A stretch of DNA of 64,000 nucleotides, from positions 140,521,358 through 140,585,357 of the forward strand of contig NC_058130.1 of assembly GCF_016433145.1 (NCBI RefSeq), read 5' to 3'. This stretch comes from Gracilinanus agilis. Its lineage: Eukaryota. Positions 43,384-56,617 of the stretch are shown piece after piece. The position numbers and the translations under genes are program-made. Under the pieces are notes generated by a model. It was given only the letters and a program-made list of their open reading frames with translations, made no database searches and was not told the DNA's origin. How positions within the stretch are numbered: position 1 is the first letter of the stretch; the number at the start of each line of letters is the position of its first letter.

Positions 43384-46300
43384 TTAATCCAGGGCCATCT
43401 CACAAGGGTTATGGTGAGCGGCCTGGGCTGCCTCATACATGCGGCGGAAATCCTGGTATCGGGGAGCACAGCCCAGCCAGGCCTCCCCAAAGTGGCTCCA
43501 ACCAGTGAAGAGGAAGATGCCAGGCCCAGGCCTGACGCCACAGCGCAAAGGGGTGCGGATGGTACCGGACACTTGGCTGGAGGACTCTGCAGGCTGGAAT
43601 AATGGGAACTTCTGACGATGGATTCGAGGAGTGCTGATGCTGATCACTGACTCCTGTAGCTCCTGGTCATGAGTCACTCCACAGATAGTCCCTCGAACCA
43701 CTGCCAGAGGAAAGGAAAAAATATTTGCGATCTCTAAGCAATGTTGTCCAGCTTTTGATGGTCCAAAGACCCACGTGTGCTCACAGGGAAAGAGGCTGAG
43801 AGGCAGAGAGCCAGGGGCTGTGCCAGTGAAAGAAACGGGCAGAGGGAGGAGGAGCAGGACAGGCTGAGGGCAGAGGCTATGGCCAGGGGAAGCATCTGGG
43901 GCTAAGGGATGCATGAACCAGAGGTTTTCTTCTCTTCCAACTTGTCCCAGACACCTGACATCACTCCTCTCCAGCCCTGCCCCACATAGGTCAGTCCTTT
44001 CTGTAGGAAAATCCAATGTCACCAATTAAATAGGATTCTAAAGGGAGGTGGGTCACAAAGAGTGAGCTTGTCACTCAATACATCCAAGATTCCCAGGGAT
44101 GCCCGAGGCAGATATATCTGCAGGAATTATCAGCTGAGGAGTCTCTGGACTCCAATCACAGAAGTTGATAAATTGACCTCCTGGCCTCATACAGCTACCC
44201 AGTCTGAACTGGACCAACATCACTTCCCCTCAACAGGGCACCCTCCCAACACCCCATGGCCAACCGTGGGACAACCAGAGCCTTATGGCCGCTGAGGAAG
44301 ATGCTCTCTCTCAGCTGAAACCTTGCCCCCACCAGAGGCCCAGCTAGTGTGGCTTTGGGGTAGGACGTCGAGCTGTTTAGCTAGCAGCCATCCCAGGCTT
44401 CTTGCTAACTTAGAAGAGTAAGCGCACGCCAGCAGTACCAAAAGGGAAAGGCTGGAGGGGTGAGTTCATCATTCAGCCTGTCAAGTAAAGCTGTGCCTTC
44501 CCCCACCCCTGCAGGCCCCAGACTCCCCTGCATCATTTGACCCCTGACCCTAGTGCTCTCTTTCCTCAGCCAATTCTGCTGACGGGTCTCTGGATTTCTG
44601 TCAGAGGAACTAATAAACCCCCTGACTTCCCATAGCAACTGGGCCCACTCTCCTGGGCAACCTGCAAAGGCTGATCAGGCCAGGCCCTCCCCACATCCCC
44701 ATCCCTGGCAGTCACCCACTGCATGCTCTGCATGCTCCCCATGCTCCGATTCCCAGAATCCCTGGAAAGGAGCATGACTTACAGCTATACTCAGAGGTGC
44801 TACTCATCACCCTTCTAGCGTTTGGATCCCCTGCTAGGGACAGGGGTCAGCTCTACCCCACATCCCTTCCTGCCCCCCCCAAACACAGACCATGGACCTT
44901 TAATCCCTCCTCTGTCCCCAGGATCCCCAAGCCTGTAGCAACATCCAGCTCACTGCCCACTTCTCCCTCCTGTCACCTCACAGGCGTAGATCAAAGGTTG
45001 GACCTGTTTTGAGCAGCAGGGACTGTACTTACTGAGAGTTCCAGACAAATAGCTTCTCTCCCTCCCAGGAAACCTAAGACAAAAGGGCAGCAGAAAGAGG
45101 GCAAACACCAGCAGGATGGGGACAGTGGCCAAGGGAGATGCTAGGAGAATCCAATCAGAGCCCAGAATAATCTGGGAAGGGGGAAGGAGTTTGGGGGAGG
45201 AGGAGCTGGGATAAGATGGGGGTGGACTGCCAAAAGACACCGAGCCGAGCCGGTCTGAGGAGCCAGAAAGCTACTTACCAAAATCGCTGGTGCACACAGC
45301 CATGAGAACCTCAGCATCACTGCACGGGCGGCAGGTCCCTGTGTGACACAGACGCAGAAGCGTGAGGTGGACAGGCCGGGGTGGGCTTCCCGCTCCTTCC
45401 CCCAACTACCCAATGACCCTCTGGGATAACTGGCAGGGCCATGTGTACAAGAAAATGCTTAGTGGAGGTTTCACTGTCCAAACCCTAGTCTTGGGGGCTG
45501 AAGTCATTCTGGGTCCCTGCGGAGAATCCTCCAGCTTAGCTGGAATTCTCTTGATAATAATTCCCATTTGTAGAGTGCTTTAGGAGTACAAGCTGTAGTA
45601 TTCCCACTGCACAGATAAGGGAGCCGGAGGGGTAAAGTAACTTGCCTCTAGTCACACAGTTAATTAAGTGGTGGAGACACAGATTTGAATCTAAGTTTTC
45701 GGACAGTGCAGCCAGGGCTTTTCCTGCTTGGCTGCCTCCCAGACCAAGCCAGAGAAAGCTCCGGAGGACCCCAAGGAGTTCAGTGTTTCATAAACACCCC
45801 CAGGTATCCATACATGGACATAAACATGTGATTCTATCCTTCATCCTCCAAAAGAAGCCACAAGGCTCTGCACTCCTTTGTTTGGCCTCAAGGACAGGCC
45901 GGAGGGATCCTGGCCCACAAAGTGCTCTGAAGAGCATCTTAGAAAATTGGCAATTGCAAGGAACCAGAGCCCTTGGGATAAGCCCAGAGGCCTCTGGAGA
46001 AAAGAGAACAGATCCTTTCCCCTCGTCCCCACCTCCATAAACCTCCCACCCCCTCTCAACAGATGGGTGGGGCTAATCCCATCATATCCAGCCATGGGGC
46101 TCTCAAAGGATGGGAATGAGCTGCCTGGCCCAGCGGGGGAGATGGCGGGGGAGTGCCCATATCACCATGGAGACCAGGCAGCCAGGCCACAGATAGTACA
46201 CTGGACTTTTGTTGGCGGCATGCAGGGGTTGGCGGAGGGATGAGAGGAGGGAGGTCATGGGGCTACAGCCCCTTCTGGGCCCCCAGCCCCTGTAGGGAGC

Positions 46301-49300
46301 ACGCTCTAACCCTGGCTCCCTGCTTCCCCTCCCCCTTCGGGCCGAGGAGAGAAGGGGACTCAAGTTACTCCTCCTCCCCCAATGGGAGGCCTTGGGTCAA
46401 GGCAGGGCTTCCCACATGCTCCCCGAGGCCCAATCACGGACTCCTAAGGCTGAGAGGAAGTCTGAGAGGTCAGCCAGCCTCCAAACACCCCGGGGAGGTC
46501 ATTGCCCACATTTCCCTTAAACAAACCCGGGGTAGATGCCCCAGCCTCCCCTGGCAAGCCTCGCAGCCAACAAATGCATGGCTAACCTGAATTCTGCCTG
46601 CCACCGGTCAACTCTGTTCCTTTTGCCCTCATTCCTAGAACTTTCCAAGAGCAGCTGCCCCTCACCACTGCCCTTACAATAAAGAGCCCACAGGTCCTCC
46701 CTCTTCCCCAGCCAGCCCAGCTACTGCAGGCCCCCAGGCGACTGTTTCTCTTCCAGTCTTCCTCTAGGCTCTCACTTATTCCAGCCACTTGTCTGATGCC
46801 AGAATCTCTGAATATCAGGCAGGTCACCCATTCTCAGGTAGAAAAACTGTGGGACAGCTCCCCACTCAGAACAGGGTTTGAAGCAGAGGCTCCTACTCTG
46901 ATACTCAAGTCTGTCCTCAGATGATCTCAAAGCCCTTTTTTTTTCATGTAGAACTTAGGGAAACTGAGGCCCTAAGAGGGTAAATGTCTACTTGCCAAAG
47001 GATACCCAGCAAGTCGGGCTACAGCACAGGCTGGCAAGAAAATCCAGAAATTCTAACCCCTTGACTCAAAAACACCTCCCTCTAGGGTACAGGTTTCAGT
47101 TCCAATTTCAAAGGACTGGGTAGAGATAGAGCAGGGAGATGGAATAAGCATGCAGTGGTGCCAGCAGAAAAGTGCCCGATCCCTGGGAGGCCAGAGCGGC
47201 CTCAGGCTTCCTCACCTTCCATGCTAAGGTTGTGCGTGAACAGGGGAAGGTGCAGGTGCCAATCCCCTCGAAGTTCATAGCGGAAGGCAGCTACTCGGCG
47301 ACTGATGTCCCGGTGTGGGGTAGACTGAACGAACAGTGCCACCCTCTCCTGAGGCTGCCAGCTGACACACCGGCCTCTGGGCGGCCCCTGGGCCTCGGCC
47401 AACAGCAGCTCCAGGAGTCCATCTCTCTCCACGTAGACTTGGGCTCCCCGGAAGGGGCCAGAGGACTTGATGCAGGCTGTGATATGCCTGGGACTCTGGC
47501 CAGCACCAGCACTGCCTGGGGGCAGCCGGGGGGAGAGGGTAAGGCGAAGGGCACCTGCTGGATACAGCCACTCCAGGGAGCCCTCAGCACAGTGCAAGGA
47601 TAGCTGCTCCACGCTGTTCGTCTCCTGGGACAAGCCACTGCCAAGAAATGCCACCCCCCCAGCGACAGGATCAGTAGAGCACCCACAAAGCAGCCCCTGA
47701 ACCCACAGCACTTCACATCTAACTTTCTATAAAGCCCTGCCCCAACCACTGACTCATAGAAGTCTCACAACTGCTCAGAGAAGTAGGAAGGACAAGAACG
47801 AGTATCCCCATTTTGTAAATGTAGAAACTGAGGCTTTGAGCCTGACCCTGAGCCCTCGCTTCCTGACTCCCAGCCCAATCTCTGCCACGAATTGGATGCA
47901 AAATGGAGAAGGAGTTTGTCTTTGACACAATTTTGTCTGAAAACATCTGGGGAGAAGGGAGAGACATGGCATCTAGCTTTGGGAGAGGAAAGCACAGCTG
48001 TACTCTGGGGGGACCTTGGCTGGACCACTTCTGGAGCACAGAGATCAGCTCTGGACACCACATTTAAGAAAAACATTGGCAAATTGGAGTCTGTCCAGGG
48101 GCTGAGAACCAGGATGATGAGGCATTGAGCCTGAGATCAGGCCACCTGGGAAATCAGTTGAAGGAACTGGGAGTATTTAGTCTGGAGAAGAGAAGACTAA
48201 GGGGGAACACAACAGCTCTTCAAGTAAATATAGGCTGTCCCTCTGAGTGGAGACATATGCTTGGCCTCAGTAGGTAGAACTAGGAGCAGGGGCAAGTTGT
48301 AGAGAGGCTTGGGGTAAGGAACAATTCCTAGCAATTAAAATTATCCAACCTATAGGCCAGCACCCAAAGGTCGTGAGTTCCCCCTCAATGGAATCTTAAA
48401 GCAAAAGCTAAATGACCACCTGTCAGCAATGGCGGAGGGCAGGGGTTCTTAACCTTTTTTGTGTAACGGACTTTTTCTTGGAACAATGTTTCTAAATGCA
48501 TAAGAAAATTCAGGGTTACAAAGGAAAACAATTATTGAAATAAGTTCCCCAAATATGAAAAAAAATGAGTGCATAAACTCCAGGTTCAAGAACCTTTATT
48601 AAAGAGGGCTGCTGTTATTTGAGGTAATGGAATGGCCTAGCTGGCCTCCTGAGATTCCCCTACAACGGAGATTTTGGAATTCCATGTGAAACTTTTCCCC
48701 ATCCATGCGACAGGGGAAAGGGCGAAGGATTTGGTGAAAATCTTGACCATAGTACAGCAAGCCTCAGGAATCTAAACTATCAGAAAAAAACCACTAACCC
48801 TCCTCTCTCCCTAAAGCTTTCTTTCTCAGCCCAATGCCAGCTCCTGTGGTATTGACCTAACAAGTCTCTGCTACTTTCTCCTCTATCCTTAGAATCATTG
48901 AATCTCCTATGGAAAGAAACCTCAGGCGCCATCTAATCCAACTTGTTATCTGAACAAGAATCCCCTCTACACCATACTGAATAGGTGGTTATCCAGCCTT
49001 TGCCAGAAAATCTCTCGCAAGAGCCATCCATGTTTTGGGCTAGATCTCATTATTAAGAAAAGTGGAAGCTGTCCTCCAAGGCCACTGGACAAATAAAAGC
49101 CATAGATTCACAAAAATATGGATCATTAGAAATGGAAGAGATCCTATAGATGGGGAAACTAAGACTCTGAGAGGCTCAACTTCCTGCTTTTAAGGATAAA
49201 AATAAGGTTCTAAGAAGGGATGAAAAATAGCTACCAATAATAGCTAGCATTTCTATAGCTCGTGCTTTACAAAGGCTATTTCATTTGATTCTCATAACAA

Positions 49301-52300
49301 CCTGGAGTGGTAGGTACTATTCTTATCCCCATTTTACAGATGAGGAAACTGAAGCAGACAGAAGTTAAATAACTTCTAGAGTCCCACAGCTAGTAGGTGT
49401 AACTAACTCTAGGCCCAGAGCTCTATCCACATAGCAAGTTAATGGCAGAACCAGGACAAGAACGTAAGTCTCCTGTCTCATGGCCAGTGCTCTTTCTCCT
49501 GCATCATTGTCACAAAATCTCAAGAGTTGGAATGTATCTCAGAGGTCATCTCATCTAATTCCTACCTAAAAATTGATCCTCTCTCCAAGAGCCCAGACCC
49601 AAAGTTACCCAACTTTTTAATTTTTTTTAAACTCACACCTTCTGCCTTAGAATCAATATTGTGTATTGGTTCCAAGGTAGAAAAGTGGTAAGGGCTAGGC
49701 AATGGGGGTTGATTACCTGCCCACAGTCACACAGCTAGGAAGTATCTGAGGCCAGCTTTGAACCCAGGACCTCCTGTCTCTAGGCCTGGTGTTCTAGCCA
49801 CTGATCCACCCAACTGGCCACTATCCAACCTCTTCTGGAAGATATTCCTTAACCTTTCCCCTGGCAGGGAATACTCACTCACTACCAGCTCATTCTACAT
49901 CTGTGCAGCCCTGTTAGGAAGTGCTCCTTATGTAGGGCTGGAAGGGATATAATCCAACTTCCTATAATGGAGGAAAGGCTGGTCCAGCCATTGGCCCGAA
50001 CCTCCAGGGTTCTCTGTCTAAGCTAGGGCCAGTTGCCATAGACACTGCTATACAAGTAATGCAGACTGATCTACAAAGTGACTGGAAAGCCCAATGAATG
50101 TCTATGGGAGATGGGGGTGGAGAGAGATGATGGGGGTGGAGAGAGACTGGCAGGCAGGCAGACATGGCAAGAAGCTAGAAGATGTGGGGCAGCCAGAGCA
50201 AGAGAGAACCTTCAAGCCAAGAAAAGGTTGTCTTATGAGGGACAGAGAACAGCTGTTTTCCCAGGGAACTGTTTAAGTAGCAACAGGAGGTAATTTCATT
50301 AAGATTACATGAAGAAATGTAAAGGTAGGGAGAACGGTATCTGATCCCAGGGCAAACCGTGTAATCTCCTTTTAGGTTAGTTAAGAGGAGAAAATGCTCT
50401 GGCTGGAGGGAGAGGGATGGACTAGATGACCTTTGCATGTTTCTTCCACCCTGAGATGCTCTTCAAGCAGACTACACTGAGTCCCCTTGGCCTCCCTTGT
50501 TTCTCCAGTTGCTCAGCCTCTGAGCTGGTTCTGGCCCCACAAGTTGTTTGATCAGCGATTTGTGGATCCTGAAATGTTAATCCTCCCAGGGGCCCTGCAG
50601 ACTGCATCTCAGCCTAAGATCCTCACACATCTGCATTACACTGGACTGAGGGAAGGGGAAAGAGAAGATGGGGATCTTCCATTAGTTTGCAATCTAGGCC
50701 TGGGACAGAAATTACTTGTATATTTTTCCCTTCTGGCTACAATGGCTCCTTGGCCATATGAGGAACAGGGAAGGTTGGGTGATAGCTTATCCTGTCCTCT
50801 ACTCCCCAGTTCCCTGAACTTGGAATCAAGGGACTGAGTTAAGAGATCTATTCTAAACGTATTTCCCCTAAAGAGTGGGAAAATGAGACTCCAAGACAGG
50901 AGTTGACTTGCCCAAGATTACTCACTGAACTAGAGGTAGGGCCACAACTAGATCAAGTATCCCGATTCCCCAAGAGTTCATCAATTTGCAAGGGATTCCA
51001 GTCTTTATTTTCTCCTATCCCATAACTCAGGGATCAAATCTGGAGAGAGTAGTGTGTCAAAACCACTGGCCAAGATGAGGCCTTCTTGCTTCCCCATTTC
51101 CAGTCCCTCATCCTACCACACCCTCTGATGCCCATAGTCACCTCCCCTAACTCATGTTCTTCCAGGAAAGAGGAGGGTACCCATTCATTAGTGACAGCTC
51201 TTCAGTTGGGGAAGTTTCCAATTTCCAAGTTCTCTACATGTTTTTCCAAACCCTCTCCCTAGAAATGCTCTCACTTCCAAGGTTCAGTCAGTAGAGAAAA
51301 AGCTAATTTCCTCCCCACCAATACTAATTCTGAAAGAAATGAGGACAGTCAAGCCTAGCACCAAACAGGATGAGAGTGGCAGCTTCACAAAGAGGGTTCT
51401 GTCCTTTCCATATCTGGGTTCCATCTTTTCCCTTTCCAGGGTGATGCCCTGCCTAAGTTTTTCCTTAGTGCTCCCCTCCTCACAACGCTGGGGCACTGGA
51501 ACCCATTTCAAATATCCTCGCCCTCCTATCACAACTCCTGAATCCCAAGCTCCTAGGAACCAGAGGACAGTGGAGGTTAGCTCCCGGCTTCTGAGAATCA
51601 GGGAAGGAAAAGACTCGGGGTGGGGGGGAGACAAGTGCCGGGGAGGGTTAGGTCCTTCCGAATGCCAGGAGAAGGTCAGGTTCCCCTACTGAGAGAAGAA
51701 TGTGTGTGCATATGGATGTAGTGGGGAGATGAAACAGAGGGGGGGGGGCCCACCTCTGAGGACCCGCCAAAAAACCCTAGGAGAACAAAACCAAGCTGAC
51801 TTTGTGACTTCTCCCTCCTCCCGCCGGGCTGCCAGCCCCGCCCTCTCCTTGGAGATGCCTCATCATTCAATCCACGCAAACCCGGGCTCCCCACCACCCC
51901 ATTCCCTGCTGCTGCTGGTCCCAGGTGATGGGGTAGAAGCCCCAAGACGGAATTCCTCCTAAGCGAAGGGAGATACTCTAAAGGTGGGGAAGCCCTTCCC
52001 CGTTTCGAGCCCCCCCCCCTTCTCCCTCCCACCCTGTCTTTAGAGGAAACCCCACGTTACTATACATTCCTCCTCCTATCCCCTCCTACAGCTCAGGGAA
52101 ATGGAGCAAATTAATAAATTGCAAAGCTCTCTATAGCGAAGAGAAGTTGAAGAGGGAGTAACGAGGATAGACAGAAAAAGAGAAGAGGATGGCGGGGGGA
52201 GGTCCGTCGTGGGGGAGGAAGGAGGTCGGGTGTGATAAGGGTCGGGGAGTCCATACCTCCCTCTCCAGCTGCACTGATCCTCGGAGTAGCTGGCCAGGAC

Positions 52301-52354
52301 CGCAGAGGCCAGGAGGCCGCAGCCCAGCAGCCAGAGCAGCGGTGGGAGCAGCAT
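43384..52354 (-). CDS. METRN: Meteorin, secreted glial/neurotrophic factor precursor, 298 aa
   Basis: Minus-strand exons: 52354-52257 (signal peptide + SYSEDQCSWRG), 47637-47216 (SGLSQE...CAEGSLEWLYPAGALRL...TPHRDISRRVAAFRYEL), 45338-45279 (TCRPCSDAEVLMAVCTSDF), 43700-43384 (...IRTPLRCGVRPGPG...LGCAPRYQDF...NPCEMALD stop). Total 897 nt with GT-AG introns. The ten family cysteines are present. Confidence 0.97.
47900..48435 (+). mobile_element. L3/CR1 LINE 3' fragment in METRN intron 1
   Basis: CR1-type tail: ccacatttaagaaaaacattggcaaattggag...gaactgggagtatttagtctggagaagagaagact...gagttccccctcaatgga. Confidence 0.7.
48440..48597. mobile_element. Old hAT-Charlie-like MITE
   Basis: Ends CAGGGGTTCTTAACCT and AGGTTCAAGAACC form imperfect TIRs. 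No clear TSD. Confidence 0.6.
49620..49818 (-). mobile_element. SINE1_Mdo-like SINE
   Basis: Same family pattern in reverse orientation. Confidence 0.85.
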
Positions 52355-53400
52355 GGCCAGGCGGCTGAAGCCGAGCCCTGGGGCCCCGGGGCGCTCAGGA
52401 GCCGCGGCCCCGCCGCCGCCTCAGCAACAGCTGGAGCTGCATCCCCAGACCCTCGCACTCGGCAAGCCTCAGCCTCCGCTAACTGCAGCCCCCATCTCCT
52501 CTTGCAGAGGCGCTTCAGAGCCCGCGGAAGGCGAGAGGAGAGGCAGCGCTGGCCCACAGCCACATAGCCCCAGCGGCGCTGACCGCCGCGCCGCCGGCCA
52601 CTTTCAACCTGGGCAGGGGGATGCCAGAAGCTGGGGGAGGGACGGGCAGGGAGGCGGGGACCGACAAAACCCTCCAATCGTGACCCAGTCCCGAAACTTT
52701 CCTCCAATCAGGCTGCGGAAGAGCGGGGAGGCAGAGGAGGCTGGAGTGGGAGAGCCCCTGCTCCCACCCCCGCCCCCGCTCCGGTCTGTCCGAGCGGAGC
52801 CGAGCCGAGGCGAGGAGATCGGAGAACAATATCGGGCTATCAGGCGGGCGGGCGGGCGAGTAGGGGGAAGCGTGCGGCCCCGGGGACTCCAGGGCTCCGA
52901 GCCAGATGTGGGGGCCGGAGAAAAGGAGGCGCCGGCTTCGCCCACAGCGGCCAGTGTTCGCTATCCCACATCACTCCCCTCGCTCTTTCCCTCTCTCCCT
53001 GCACCCACCCGCCCCCATCCGAGGTCTCGCTTCGCTCCCTGGACTTTGCGGAACTTTTTTTCCGGACCTAGAAATAAGCCCAGGAAATACTTGAATTGAA
53101 TTAAACCATTCATAATAATGATTATCAAAAAAACCTGCCTCGTTATGTACTCCGTTGCTCTGCCCCCACCCCCAACACCTAGTCTACTCCTTTTCCCCCT
53201 CCCACTATCGCTATCCGCTACTCTCCACCTCCTTTCTTCTCCAAGCTCTCTCTCCAGTCCTAAGATGCTAAGGTTTATCAGAGACTTTTTTCGTCCCTCG
53301 CCCCACCTCGCGGGAGAGCTTGGCTGGGGGCGAGAGGTAGAGAGGAGGTTGATGAAGGAGAGGACTAGGAGCTTCGACTGAAAGGAACCACAAGCCTCCC
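52150..53400 (-). promoter_or_regulatory. CpG island spanning METRN exon 1 and promoter
   Basis: High CpG and GC content. CCAAT boxes at 52674 and 52704, GC-box array GGCGGGCGGGCGGGCG near 52843-52858, G-run tract at 52633-52659. Confidence 0.85.
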
Positions 53401-54027
53401 TAGCCCAGCCGGGTTGCTAGAGTAAAAGACCACCTGGCCTAGGGGTGTAGGGGTGAGGAGAGCCAGACCAGGAACAGTTGGGAGGGTGGTACTCTCCTGG
53501 GGGCAATGGGAGCCCGGACACACCTCAGCCCCCCCCCCCCCACACACACACACACCTGTCCTGCAGTTCCGAATCGTGGGAACCTGCTTCTTTCCAAGAA
53601 TCTGCTTGAACTCCCCATGCCTTGGGGGGAAATTACAACCACCTTTGTGGTAGTGTCTTGCTCAAGACGCCCACTGCTAGCAGGATCTGAAGTAAAGGGG
53701 GAGATAAGGCGATAGGACTGGAAGAGTCACTTAGCACAGGGGTCAGCTCAGATCGGCATGGAACTGACCTACGGACAAGTAACTGGAATGTTTGCCTCTG
53801 CTGCGGGTCTGAAGGGCATGACTGCAATGCGGACCTGAGCTGAGTAAAGCCAGGGCAGACCTTTCTGGTGCGGGGGGCCACATCCCACACCCGCCCACTT
53901 AACCGGCAAATTGCCCCACGCATTGGAAGTGCTGTATGCTGTCTAGTTCTGGGTTGTCTCCCATCAAATAAAGCACTGGATAGGGGCCTTAGAACAGTAC
54001 TCCTTTGCCTGGCATGGGCTCTTTTTT

Positions 54028-54188
54028 TTTTTTTTTTTTTAAACCCATATCTTCTGTCTTAGCATCAGTTCTAAGACAAAACAGCAGCAGTTAAGGGACT
54101 TGCCCAGGGTCACACAGCTAAGAAGTGCCTGAGGCCAAATTTAAACCCAAGTCCTCCCAACTCCACTACTGTGCTAACTAGCTGTCCC
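54028..54188 (-). mobile_element. Marsupial CORE SINE
   Basis: Poly-T, tail and core in reverse orientation. Confidence 0.8.
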
Positions 54189-55043
54189 ATATGGGCTTCT
54201 AATAAGTACTGTCTCTATTTCTATTTATCTGCCTATCTATCCAGCTCTCTATTGGAATAAGAAATAGAGTGACTGTTTTGTGGTCTATGTCCAACTAAAG
54301 AGATGTTCTGATTGAGTTGACAACTAATAACTCAGTTGAGCAGCTGATAACCAAACATGAAAAAACTGCCAAGAGAAACCCTGGTCCTTTCACTTACTCC
54401 AGATCTCAAGGTCCAAATTCAACAGTCCTGTTCTTTCTCCATCTCTGTCACACTGACTCTCTGGTTCCAAACAGTCCCCATCTCTCCACTTGTGGATATC
54501 TGCTCCCCCTTCATTTTTATTCCATTGGATCCACAGAAATCTGGAATAGTGGAAAGAAACTGTGATACTGTGGTCATTTCTTCCCCCTTTACTGCCTCAG
54601 TGTCCTATTCTGAGAGCATCAGGCACCCTATTCTGTCAGACTGTGACTAGAGAAGAAATATTGTATATACAAACATTGAGGAAAGGGGCTTGGATCATGA
54701 GAAATGACTTTTGAGAAGTAATTTACATAAAGACCATATGAAATATAATAGAGAACAGCACTGACACTTCAGAATGCTGATCAATACAAGAAAACAAATC
54801 ATGACTTCAGAGGACTGATAATAAAGGATGGTTCCAGTCTCATCAGAGAAGTGGTAAATTATAGGTACAGCATAAGGCTGCATTTTAAGACACTGCCAAT
54901 GTATTTTTCTTTTGCTTCAAAGGAAGGTCCTTTGGATCTATTTTGGGGGGTAGAGGAGTCATTGAGAAGTGACAATGAAGAGCATTAATAAAAAAATTTT
55001 TAAACCCTGTGTATTGGTTTTAAGGCAGAAGAGAAGTAAAGGT

Positions 55044-55552
55044 TGTCGACGTGGAATCTAGCGACCCCAAACTTGTGGCCTAATGAGATCTGATGAACCC
55101 CAAGTTTTAGGAATAGCTTGTAGGATGGAGACCCCCAAAGTTTGTAATCTGTTCCCTGTTCCCGTGAGAATCCACTCGGAAGGGAATCCCAGCCATGCAG
55201 CTGCAGACTGAATAATAGACCCTAGGGTAAATGCTAAATATCCTTTTGTCTTAGGTAGTCTTCTCCATTGAATCAGAGACCCTTTCCCTGGAAGACACAC
55301 CTGGGCCGGGACCAGGACTGTAGATCTTTAGGTCGATGGTTAAATTCCAGCTCGTAGGAGTCGTCATCTAGCTCCATGGCACTCCCTGGGGTTCAGGGAC
55401 CAGAGCAAGCAGTGTTCAATCCTCAGACTCTGCATAAGGCATGTGGTGTGCAGCTCTGAGTGGAAGCCTAATCAGCCCTGTTCCCCCTTTTCCTTAATTA
55501 AAGAGTAGCTTTCCTGACTATTTAATAGTTCTGTGTTTTTTCTAAGTTAACA
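55044..55552 (+). mobile_element. Probable solo ERV LTR, 509 bp
   Basis: Starts TG and ends ...aagttaaCA, with ATTAAA at about 55497 about 50 nt before the end. CpG content is elevated. It abuts a truncated SINE. No TSD found. Confidence 0.6.
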
Positions 55553-56439
55553 ATAGACAGGAGATATAGAGATGGAGGCATTTGAAGGGCCATTCAAGGA
55601 GGTCCTAAATCCAAGAGGTCTTGTCATGCTGAAAGGAGAACTACAGGAAAAGCAGGTAGAAGAGGTCATAAAGTTTGCTCTCCTCAGCCTGTAGCTGCCC
55701 AAAAGAAGCAGGACCCTTCAAACTTACCTGTTTCTGTGAAAGGTCCTGCCATCCTTCTATTCACTCATCCAATCTTTATCATGCCCAACCCGTTTCTCCC
55801 CCACCTCCATTTACCTTCTAGTCATACCTTCCTTCTCTCCCCTCCCCCATATCCAATCAGTCACCAGATCTATTATCTCTCAGTCTGCCTCCACATCATC
55901 TTGTATATCCCCCTTTCCACTCATACCTTTTCCCCTAGTTCAGGCTGCTATCCTCATCTCTCTCCTGGACTATTGCAAAAGTTTCCTTTAGTATTTGATG
56001 AGTCAATAAGTCAACAAGTATTTAAATGCCTACTATGTGCCAGGCATGGTACTAAGTGCTGGAGTTACAAAGAAAGGCAGAAAACAGTCCTTGCCCTCAA
56101 GGATCCCATAGTCTAATGGGGGAGACTGTATGTGTCTAGTACACAGAAGATGTACATCGAGTACCTACACATAATCTGAAAGGGGAGGGCATTAGCAGCT
56201 GGAGGACCAGGAAAAACCTCTGGTGGAAGGTGGGATTTGAAGTGAGATTTGAAGGAAGGAAGCCAGGAAAATTAAGAAGCTGAGATGAGAAGTCACATGG
56301 TCTTCCTGCTTTCAGACTTTCCCTTTTCCAATCCATCCTTCGTAAAAATGAACAATATTTTGAGGGTGGAGGGGAGAGGGTCAGGGGCTATGATTTCATC
56401 ATCAAGAATAGGAAGATCCTAGCAGAAATTCCCTCTACT

Positions 56440-56617
56440 GGGGGACAGCTGGGTAGCTCAGTAGACTGAGAGCCAGGCCTAGAGACGGGAAGTCCTAGGT
56501 TCAAGTCTGATCTCAGACACTTCCTAGCTGTGTGACCCATTGCCTAACCCTTACCACTCTTCTGCCTTGGAACCAATACATAGTGTTGGTTCTAAAACAG
56601 AAGGGAAGGGTTTTAAA
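56440..56617 (+). mobile_element. SINE1_Mdo-like SINE
   Basis: Same family pattern. Confidence 0.85.

Noticed and set aside
43701-44025. N-terminal part of the 213-aa track ORF
   Set aside because: It is METRN intron 3 that happens to be open; the real exon starts at the acceptor at 43700.
52111-53099. Several 100-250 aa overlapping ORFs on both strands in the METRN CpG island
   Set aside because: Expected from stop-codon scarcity in GC-rich DNA; the products are Pro/Gly/Arg/Ala-rich with no domains.
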